Shown here: one piece after another, positions 51,682 to 62,048 of the stretch | Layout of the letters: each line of letters starts with the position of its first letter | How positions within the stretch are numbered: the stretch's first letter is position 1 | NCBI RefSeq assembly: GCF_032444005.1 | Contig: NC_091291.1 | Location: 80,538,001 to 80,602,000, forward strand | From: Ranitomeya imitator | Taxonomy: Eukaryota | Direction: 5' to 3' | Length of the DNA: 64,000 nt | The notes under the pieces: model-generated | Told to the model about the DNA's origin: nothing | The model's database searches: none | What the model saw: the letters and a program-made list of their open reading frames with translations, nothing else | Position numbers and translations under genes: made by a program

Positions 51682-53290
51682 GCTGATTGGTGGTGGCTGT
51701 TTTGCCGCGACCAATCAGCAACTTGGATTTCCATGATAGACAGAGGCCGCAACCAATGAATATTCGTGACAGACAGAAGGACAGAAAGACGGAAGTGACC
51801 CTTAGACAATTATATAGTAGATTATTAACCTTTATGCAGGATTATATGGGGCATATTTTAATATGGAGCATCTAATGGGGCCCATCATGAACTGTATGGA
51901 GCATTATATGGGGCTCCTGATTCAATATCGATATCAAAAACACTTTACCTACTGATGTCTCAATTAATTTTACTTTTATTGGTATCTATTTTTATTTTTG
52001 ACATTTACTGGTAGCTGCTGCATTTCCCACCCTAGGCTTATACTCGAGTCATTAAGTTTTCTCAGTTTTTTTTGTGGCAAAAGTAGGGGGCCGGCTTATA
52101 CTCGAGTATATACGGTAACCTTAAAAACTATGAAATCCACTGTGAAAATCTGCGGCGTTCCTGCAGCAAGTAACAAACCCGCACGTGAAAGCTGTCTGTT
52201 AAAAGCCAATTTCCGTACTTTACTGTTCTCTGCGGCCGAACTGCTGTGTGAATTGTGTCAAGTTCAACATGAAAACTATAGCCGTGTGGTTTCTCTAATT
52301 CCGCAGCGTTTGAGTCCAACACAGCTGACTAACTTCATACAGCCCTGCCTGACACACGCTCCCTGGGATCGGACATCGTGTATCCCCTCCATTGCTGACA
52401 CTTTGCTCCTCCTGTGCAGCTTGGTCATAGGAGACGGTAATTTTTACTATATAGTGTAATGCTGTAGAATTGCAGGACATATTCCAAGCAGTCAGATCAC
52501 GATCGCAGGTCCAAGTCCTATCAGGGGATTAAAGAAGGAAAAAAGTTTTATAAAATATATATATTTATATATAACCTTCCCCCACTCATAAAAAATATAT
52601 ATTTAAATATTTTTATAATATTTGCAGCATCTGAAAAGATTTGATGTCTCGAAATATACATTTACGGTACAGTAAATCCCATAAAGAGAATGGGAAGGCC
52701 TGGAGTGCTGTTCTGCAGTCACCGCTTTCACTAAAACAGCGCAATAAACGATTAAAACCTTGTCTGTTCCTCCAAACCCTCATCTCGGCAGGAAAAAAAC
52801 AATCTCTCGACAGAAAATGCTCCTTATGGTTATTGGAAAATGATGACACAAACTAACATTTTTTTTCCACAAACTTAATGTTTTTTTTCACTTGAATATA
52901 AAAGATGTGTTCAAGTTTGGTAACACTGGAATCACGCTGCCCGGTGAAATCGCTCTGTTGTACATTATTTTTGGCAGTATGCGCCTATTGGAGGCGGGCG
53001 GCAAGACATAGTAGAGTCCGTCTCTGTGCCGCATCAGCTTGCATACCTGAAAATGATTCACGGCAGAGCGCACGTTCACTGTCGGCACATACGCCTGAAT
53101 CCCATTTTATTGGGGCTTAGGATTTGAGCCCTGACAGAATCAAAGAACGTGTGACAAAACACAATGTGAAGGCACACTAATGCTTCAGGCCCGGGCTACA
53201 CTGCGACTGTTTGTAGTGCTACTGATTGTCACTATTTAGCTGCAGTCCAGAGCAGAGTCTTGTGCAATTATGTGGACTGCAACTGCTGCT

Positions 53291-56200
53291 TCCTAATTAA
53301 TGTTAGGATAGAGCGGAGCCCAGAGCGTCACTGCAGCACGCACGTTAGGGTAGAGCAGGGCCCAGAGCGTCACTGCAGCACGCACGTTAGGATAGAGCGG
53401 GGCCCAGAGCGTCACTGCAGCACGCACGTTAGGATAGAGCGGGGCCCAGAGCGTCATTGCAGCACGCACGTTAGTATAGAGTGGGGCCCACAGCTTCACT
53501 GCAGCATGCACATTAGGATAGAGCGGGGCCCAGAGCGTCACTGCAGCACGCATGTTACGGTAGAGCGGGACCAAGAGCATCACTGTAGAACGCACTTTAG
53601 GATAGAGCGGGGCCCAGAGCGTCACTGTAAAACGCACGTTATGGTAGAGCGGGGGCCAGAGCGTCACTGCAGTAGGCACATTAGGATGAAACGGGGCCTG
53701 GAGCGTCATCGCGGCACACGCTAGGATAGAGTGGGGTACGGAGCATCATTGCAGCACGTATGTTAGGATAGAGTGGGGCCCGGAGCGTCGTCGTGGCACA
53801 TGTTAGGATTAAACAGACCGGAGCGTCATTGCGGCACGCACGTCAGGATGGAAAGGGGCTGGAGCGTCCCTGCCGCACACACTTAGGATGGAGCAGTTCT
53901 AGACTATTACTGCAGCACACACATTAGGATGGAGCGGTACTCAGAGTGTCACTGCATCACACGTGTTAGGATTGAGTGGGGCCCAGAGTGTTACTGCAGC
54001 ATACACGTTAGGGCCAAAAGCATCATTGTGGCAGGCACATTAGGATGGAAAGGAGTCCAGGACCTTCATTGCAGCACACACGCTAGGATAGAGCGGGGCC
54101 CGGATCATCACTGCAGCACGCACATTAGGATAGAACGGGGCCCGGAGCGTCAATGCAGCATGCACGATAGGATAGAGCGGGGCCAAGGGCGTCACTGCAG
54201 CCAGGGGCGGATTATCAGAGGGTCAATATGGGCGGTAGCCCAGGGCCCAGTTGTGTGGGGGGGCCCTGGGCTACCGCACAGATTGACCCTCTGATAATCC
54301 GCCCCTGAGTGTGACTGGGCCCTCGAACCCAGTGGGCAGAGAGAGGGGGCCCGCATCGGGCCCCGTCTCATCTGCTCACCAGGCCCCTTCCGGCGCTGCG
54401 GCGGTTTCCTATTGACGTGCGAGCGCGCGCCCGCATGTCAATAGTTAACAACAGCCGCCAGCCAATTGGAGGCTGGCAGCTGAAGTCGGCCGCAGCGCAC
54501 ATGTCGCCGACGTCTGACGTCATTGTCAGTCGCCGGCGAGTGTGCGCTGCTGGAGGGAGCTCGCCGCCTGGAGCGCTGGTTAGGTGAGGAGAACTCGGTT
54601 TGTTTTCTTTTGTTTTGTTTTTTGATAACCTAACGGTGGACACACTGGGAGCAATGCTGGAGGACACACTGGGGCAGATGATTGCTGGAGACACTGGGGC
54701 AGATTGCTGGACACACTGGGGCAATGCTGGAGGACACACTGGGGTAATGCTGGAGGACACACTGGGGCAGATTGCTGGACACACTGGGGCAATGCTGGAG
54801 GACACACTGGGGCAATGCTGTAGGACACACTGGGAAGATTGCTGGACACACTGGGGCAGATGATTGCTGGAGACACTGAGGCAATGCTGGAGACACAGGG
54901 GCAATGCTGGAGACACTGGGGCAGATTGCTGGACACACTGACGGCAATGCTGGACATACTGGGGCAGATTGTTGGACACACTGGGGGCAATATGCTGGAC
55001 ACACTGGGACAATGCTGGAGACACTGGGGCAGATTGCTGGACACACTGGGGGCAATGGTGGATACTCTGGGGCAATATGCTGGACATACTGGGGAAGATT
55101 GTTGAACACACTGTCTGGGGGCAATGCTGGACACAATGGGGCAATTCTGGATACACTGGGGCAATGCTGGACACACTGGGGCAGATTGCTGGACACACTG
55201 TGGGCAATGCTGGACAATTGGACATACTGGGGCAGATTGCTGGACACACTGGGGGCAATGCTGGACATACTGGGGCAGATTGCTGGACACACTGTGGACA
55301 ATGCTGGACAATTGGACATACTGGGGCAGATTGCTGGACACACTGGGGGCAATGCTGGACATACTGGGGCAGATTGCTGGACACACTGGTGGTAATATGC
55401 TGGACACACTGGGGCAGATTGCTGGACACACTGTCTGGGGGAAATGCTGGACACACTGGGGCAATATGCTGGACATACTGGGGCAGATTGCTGGACACAC
55501 TGGGGGTAATATGCTGGACACACTAGGGCAGATTGCTGGACACACGGGCAGATTGCTGGACACACTGTCTGGGGGCAATGCTGGACACACTGGGGCAGAT
55601 TGCTGGACACACTGGGGGCAATATGCTGGAGTCAGACACTGGGGCAGATTGCTGGAGACACTGTCTGGGGGCAATGCTGGACACACTGGGGCAGATTGCT
55701 GGACACTGGGGCAATATGCTGGACATACTGGGGCAGATTGCTGGACACACTGGGGGTAATATGCTGGACACACTGGGGCAGATTGCTGTACACACTGGGG
55801 GCAGGACTGGAGGCATGGGCAGAATGTAGACACGGGGCATGATTGGAGACACGGGGCAGAATGAAAGACATGGGGCAGGATTGGATCATGGGGCAGGATG
55901 GATACGATGGAGACAGATGGGGCAGGATGGGGAGATCATATGGGGTAGAATGGAAACTCATGAGTGCAGGATGCGAGAACATATGGCTGGAGCCAGGAAT
56001 GAGATAAACGGGGCCAGGGTGGGGAATATTATTACCATGGGGGCTAATTAAGGGATATTATTACTGCAGTGATGTATTTATTTTATTTTTTGAGTATACT
56101 GTTTTAAATGGGGGGGCGGTACTGTTACTGTGCAGAGTGACACTATATCGCCTTTTTTTCTTCATGTGGTGTAATGTAGAAGTTGTGAAAAATTAAGTAA

Positions 56201-57720
56201 TGTGTTCTGCAAGCGGAGCCCGAGATAACTGTGTTATTTCCTGCAGAAACGAGTCCTGGCTGGAAGAAATGATGGCGGTCTGTGCTGGATGAAAGATGAA
56301 GGACTTCACCTAGAGACGTCACTGGTGAGTCAGTGTTACCTATACACTGACAATATACACTGTATACTATACAGAGGTCCTGTGTACAATGTCACCAGTG
56401 ATCACTGTATTACCTATACATTATATACAGAGCTCCCGTGTATAATACCATCAGTGATCTCTGTATTACCTCTACACAGACACTGCATACTAAGTACAGA
56501 TCTCCTGTGAATACTGGCACTTATGGTGATAGTATTGTGTTTTTGTTTTTTTTAATTACTGATCAGTACTGTAGTATTCAGTCACTATGTGGTGGTAATA
56601 TGTGGTCTGGAAATGGTGTTGTGGTATTTGTCCCTTGTATGTGCTATTTGGTCACCATGTGGTGGTAATATGTGGTCTTGACATGGTGCGGTGGTATTTG
56701 TTCCTTGTATGTGATATTATTGGTCAAAATATACCTAAATTGTATTGCAGATTTTAACAAATATTTAATAGGTTACAGTAGAGTAGGGCCCGGCCATTTT
56801 TCTGGAATAATCTGGTTCGGGTATATCATGACCCCCGTCACATGACCCCGTCACATGACCCCCATCACATGAACCCACGTCACATGACTGGGAGGGCCCA
56901 CAGTGTCTGAACAGCCCGGGGCCCTGGCTACCCTTAATCCACCCCTGACTGCAGCACACACATTAGGATGAATCAGGGCCCGGAGTGTCATTGTGTCACG
57001 CACGTTAGGATGGAAAAGGGTCCGGAGTGTCATTGCGGCACGTACGTTAGGATGGAGTGAGGCCTGGAGTGTCAGTGCAGCACACGTTAGGATGAAACAG
57101 GGACCGGAGCATCATTGTGGAACGCACGTTAGGATGGAAAGAGACCCGGAGCGTCACTGACACACACACATAAGATGGAGCGGTGCCCAGTGCGTCACTG
57201 CAGCACACACGTTAGGATGAAATGGGGCCCGCAGCATCATTGCTGCACGCACGTTAGTATGGAGCGGGGCCCGGATTGTCACTGCGGCACACACGTTAGG
57301 ATGAAACAGAGACCGGAGCGTCATTATGGCATGCACGTAAGGATGGAAAGAACCCGGAGCATCAGTGCCGCACACACTTAGGATGGAATGGTACCCAGAG
57401 CGTCACTGCAGCACACACATTAGGACAGACCGGGGCCCGGAGTGTCACTGCAGCACACACGTTAGGATGGAAAGGGGTCCAGACAGTCATTGCACATACG
57501 TTAGGATGACACAGAGACAGGAGTGTCATTGCGGCACGTATGTTAGGATGGAGCGGTGCCCAGAGCGTCACTGCAGCACGCATGTTAAGACAGCTGGGCC
57601 CAGAGAGTCACTGTAACACAAGTTAGGATTGAGCGGGGCCCGGAGAGTCACTACAGCACACACGATAGGATTGAGCGGGGCCTGTAGAGTCACTGCAGCA
57701 CACAAGTTAGGATGGAGCCG
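53291..57720. repeat. 42-bp minisatellite GTTAGGATAGAGCGGGGCCCAGAGCGTCACTGCAGCACGCAC, split by a hAT element
   Basis: Arrays at 53291-54201 and 56948-57720; 14-aa period (HVRIERGPERHCST). Confidence 0.9.
54202..56947. mobile_element. Non-autonomous hAT element (TIR CAGGGG(C/T)GGATTA) with an internal ~20-bp minisatellite (54640-55800)
   Basis: 8-bp TSD ACTGCAGC at 54194-54201 and 56948-56955. Confidence 0.85.
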
Positions 57721-58256
57721 GCTACTCTACATACAGTAGTAAGAATTCATGAACACTTGTTCTGTTGACAATGCGGAAACAAGAGCCTTCATTTGTGTGA
57801 GGAGATAATATATAGATGAACCTGTACACAGCCTACCACCTTCTACATATGAGAATCTGTTGGCAGGAAATTACCTTTTGTTACTTTATCTTTTTAAAGT
57901 AAAATCTTATCTGCTGTTGTTGATTTCCATGTTACTAACTTCACAAAATCCGGACCCGTTGGCTGCAAAATTGTGATATTGATCGCAGCATTTAGAAGGC
58001 AGGGAGAGGTAGGTGGTGCCGGTAGATATTTTCTCTATAAAATAGTTATTTTTTAAAAACGCCAAAACATTAAAAAAGATATAAATGTGGTATCACTGTA
58101 ATCGTACTGATCCGAAGAATAAAGCTGCCTTATCAATTTTACCACACGCAGAATGGTATAAAAATAATGCCCACAACAATTTCTGAATTGCTGGTTTTTG
58201 TTCATTCTTCCTCCCAAAAATTGGAATGGAAAGAGATCAAAAAATGTCATGCGTCC

Positions 58257-61200
58257 GAAAGACTGTGTAACTGCGACAGATAAGATCCACGATTTCTTGG
58301 CTCCTCTCGCCCTACCAAAGGTTCAATCCAAAGACCATGCAGCCCTCTTGTCCCAAGTTACCAGTCAAGAAATTAGCGACACTTTACAAAATATGGCAAC
58401 CAATAAAACTCCAGGCCCAGATGGCTTCCCACTATCATACTATAAAAATTTTTCGGACCTACTCCTACCACATTTGACTTCCCTGTTTAACTCCTTTCTA
58501 GCAGGAATCCCCCCAACCAGACAGACGTTAGAAGCACACATATCTATTATCCCCAAAGAGGGGAGAGATGGCGGTCAATGCAGCAACTATCGCCCAATAT
58601 CCCTATTGAACTGTGATCTAAAACTTTGGGCTAAAATTCTTGCGTCTAGGATCAACAGTGTCCTTGAGTCCCTGATACACCCTGACCAAGTGGGTTTTGT
58701 CAGAGGTCGTGAAGGGAAGGACAACACATTAAAAATTCTTTTAGCCATTTCACACTCCAGACGCTCCGGTATCCCGTTGGCTCTATTATCAACTGACGCC
58801 GAGAAGGCTTTTGACAGAGTCAGTTGGCATTACATGGTATGCACTCTAAAGAAGTTTGACTTCCCACAACCTTTTATTGATGCCATCATGACTCTGTACT
58901 CTACTCCAACCGCTAGAGTTAGTCAACGGGCTGCTCTCGGATCCTTTTGGGATAGGAAATGGGACCAGGCAGGGCTGCCCTCTCTCCCCAACGCTTTTTG
59001 TGTTGGTCATGGAGACGCTAATACAGAAAATAAGACAGGAAGAGTCAATAAGGGGCCTAACCGTGGACCACACAGAATTCAAAACAGCTGCTTTCGCAGA
59101 CGACCTTATGATTTTGATCTCAAATCCTAAGTCTGCATTTCCCTCTATTTTGAAACTTCTCGAGGAGTTTGGGGTTATCTCCAACTTCAAAGTAAACATG
59201 CACAAGTCAGAAGTCATGAACGTCTCACTACCAGACGAGGTTGCCATAAATCTTAAAAAGTCTACCCCCTTCAATTGGCTTACAGATAAGTTGAAATATC
59301 TAGGTGTCTTCCTTACTGCAAACCCCTCCACTCTCTACAAGCACAATTTTGAACCCCTCCTGGACAATCTCCAAACACTCCTTAAAACATATGACTTACC
59401 GTACATTTCGTGGATTGGGAGGATAAACATAATCAAATCGTACATCCTCCCGAGGATATTCTATTATATGAATATGATTCCTATACCTCTCCCCAAGACA
59501 TTCTTCACAGCAGTCAATAAGTTAGTCAGAGGATATGTTTGGAGGGATAAAAGACCTAGACTCCCATTCAAAATCCTATCACTCCCGAGAAAGAAGGGGG
59601 GTCTTGGACTACCGCATGCATTTTGAGACTTACTACCGGGCAATTCATTTGGCCAGGTGGATGTCTCTGATTAAACCTAGACTTTCCCAAAAAACACCTA
59701 TCCTTGAACTTTTACTACTGGGAAGGGGGGCTGAAAAATACCTCTGGGCCTCAGCCGTCCCCCCGCAAAATTCCCTTGAAGAAATAACTAGCAACACACT
59801 GTCCATTAGGAGGAAACTGTTCCCAAACAACTGGCCATATTGTCTCTTTTTGGACAACATGCCTCTGGGGGTCGTGCCCTGGCTTATCGATCCAAATTAC
59901 ATAGACGCATTTGACCTCTGGGACTCGTTACCGAATCTCCCAGTTTCTCATTTGCTTTCTAATCAAATCAACTGTATAAATAGTTGGCCATGTGAGGCCA
60001 GGAAGCGTCCCCGAGACTTCATACAAGTACACCATGTTCAACACATCATGTCCAAACTAAGGTTAAACACCCAAAACAACCCAGATTGGTTGTGGTTTGA
60101 TCTTATGCTAAAACTTAATCCCACACCCCCCAAATTAATATCCAAACTATACCATAACTTAATTTCCCCAAACACTAACTTTAAACCCTTATACCTATCC
60201 TCTTGGGAGTCCGAGCTGAATATATCTCTCTCCAATAGGGAATCAGATCAAGTATTAGGACACTCACATGGGTTCTCAAGATGTGTCCTGTTACAGGAGA
60301 ATGCTTTTAAAGTCCTTTCCAGATGGTATAGAACCCCTGAGTCACTCTATCACCTGGGCCTATCAGACTCTCCTCTTTGTTGGAGATGTATGAAGTCAAA
60401 GGGCTCGTTATTACACATATTCTGGTCATGCCCAGCTATCACAAAATTCTGGAAAGACGTCTTCGACCGACTCCGCCAACTGGGATTAATAACTCACAAC
60501 CTAACACCCCAAGAAGCTCTACTGTCACTGCCCACAAAGTCATACAAGCCGAAAAAACATGACCTTCTCCCTCTCCTAATAGCCGCAGCCAAACACTTGA
60601 TCTCATTGCACTGGAGACAAAAGAACCCCCCTCGTATCGATGAATGGACCAAAAAAGTCCAGGACATCTGTAGGATGGAGGAATTGTCCAGCTGGGATTC
60701 TCACTCACACGATAAATTCTTTCGGACATGGTTGCCATGGCAAATGTTAAATAGCCCTACCTCACTGCCTTCCATTAGCTATTCTTCTTAACTATACAAA
60801 TTTGATCCCCTGTGAACTCATCAAGTTTATTGACAGTGCACTGTGATGGGCCCGGGCACTACTCACTCACCTGGTTGCACTAGTATTACTTAATAACCTC
60901 TATAGCACTCTTTTCAGTTGGTCGAAATTACCTGACTAGTCCCTGCTGGTTCAAGGTCTTAGTGTTCCCGTCCTCTTCAGATGAAGGATCTCTATTCAGA
61001 AACTTTTAAGTGGACCTATATCTCCCCGCCGGTACTTTCCCCCCCCCTTTTTTTTTTTTCTTTTACAGTTTTTTGCAATGTTTGAGTGTTTTCCATTTCT
61101 TTTGAGCGTTTAGGGTTGTACAACCCGTACTTTCTGACCTAATTTACCATCAGCATTTTTTACAAGTAACCATAGCTACGGTCTACTCCGATGATTAATA

Positions 61201-61322
61201 TGCATCTGTATGGTACAATTGCAGAAGTTTGTAACACTATGTCTCAGATTCATGTGTACCACTTGTTGTTCATGTATTTTGAAAATTTGAAAATAAAAAA
61301 TTAAAATAAAAAAAAAAAAAAA
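58257..61322 (+). mobile_element. 5'-truncated L1-clade LINE with poly(A) tail
   Basis: TSD GTCATGCGTCC at 58246-58256 and 61323-61333. AATAAA and poly(A) at ~61290-61322. Confidence 0.9.
58261..60791 (+). pseudogene. L1 ORF2 fragment (RT plus C-terminal CCHC), two frameshifts
   Basis: KTPGPDG, NYRPISLLN, STDAEKAFDRV, GTRQGCPLSP, FADD, CWRC..LLHIFWSC. A -2 deletion at ~58921 and a GCAT 4-bp duplication at 59614-59621. Confidence 0.9.
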
Positions 61323-61560
61323 GTCATGCGTCCAAAAATGGTACCAATTAAAACGTCAACTCATCCTGCAAAAAACAGGCCTTCACATGACAGAAAAATA
61401 GAAAAATTTTAGCTCTCCAAATATGACAATGCAAAAACTTGTTTTTGCAAAAAAATAAGTGTCTTTTAGTGTGCAATAGCAGCCAAACACAAACATCCGA
61501 TATAAGTCAGGTATTGCTGTAATTGCACCTACCCGAAGAATAAAGCTAATTCTTACTTAT

Positions 61561-62048
61561 CAACAGCAGAGAAGAAGAAAATATGCGGCACTCACCCCGG
61601 GATAACTGTGAAGATTGTGGTCTTTATTGGAGAAAAATGCAAGTTACATCCATCAGGACATCAGGTATATACGAGGGTGCGGTATAGGAGCTCGGACGAC
61701 GGCCGTTTCGCACACACAGGTGCTTCAACGGGTCCGGACCCGTCGAAGCACCTGTGTGTGCGAAACGGCCGTCGTCCGAGCTCCTATACCGCACCCTCGT
61801 ATATACCTGATGTCCTCATGGATGTAACTTGCATTTTTCTCCAATAAAGACCACAATCTTCACAGTTATCCCGGGGTGAGTGCCGCATATTTTCTTCTTC
61901 TCTGCTGTTGATGGATTTCTTGTTGGACATTTATGCAGAGCACCGGTTCCCATACTGATTGTGGCGCCTGTATACACAGCTGTCCGCTAATAGTCCTGAC
62001 TGCTTGGAGACGTTCTACTCTAGTGCCGTTCTACTCTCTGTATTTTCA
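61561..62048 (+). mobile_element. Short Penelope-type pLTR insertion with a 5' fold-back (175-bp inverted arm plus 313-bp forward segment)
   Basis: 14-bp TSD TAATTCTTACTTAT at 61547-61560 and 62049-62062. Hairpin centre at 61735/61736. Hammerhead fold, then AATAAA (61843) and GTGAGT (61876). No ORF, so the family call rests on architecture. Confidence 0.75.
61736..61777 (+). ncRNA. Type-I hammerhead-like fold with variant core CCGUCGA (mirror copy 61694-61735, -, has CCGUUGA)
   Basis: Helix I GGAC/GUCC, extra A, helix II GCAC/GUGC with a 6-nt loop, GAAAC, palindromic helix III ACGGCCGU, GUC at 61771-61773. The core differs from CUGANGA at 2 positions. Confidence 0.65.

Larger units (their letters stand above)
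41370..51821 (-). mobile_element. Non-autonomous Helitron-like element (unit B), carrying two hAT MITEs
   Basis: Same termini and AT insertion site as 35277-38918. Confidence 0.8.
40935..52115. mobile_element. Tc1/mariner-type MITE hosting a Helitron (unit B)
   Basis: Same TIR family, with TA flanks at 40933-40934 and 52116-52117. Confidence 0.8.
33755..53188 (+). repeat. Tandem segmental duplication: unit A 33755-40281, unit B 40282-53188
   Basis: Both units start CAGACACAGATTTAAAGGGAATCTGTCA and end GGCACACTAATGCTTCAG, with a 3-bp CAG overlap at the junction. Same order of nested elements. Distal ORF-track peptides are identical (39709/52613, 40001/52905). Confidence 0.9.

Noticed and set aside
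53260-57616. Cys/His-rich ORFs (HVRIERGPERHCST, CVQQSAPVCPA) resembling zinc-finger or keratin-associated proteins
   Set aside because: They coincide exactly with the 42-bp and ~20-bp arrays. They lack C2H2 spacing, splice context and unique flanking coding sequence.
36190-57720. CRISPR-like appearance of regular 30-42 bp repeats
   Set aside because: The units are contiguous with no unique spacers, there are no cas genes, and the context is eukaryotic.
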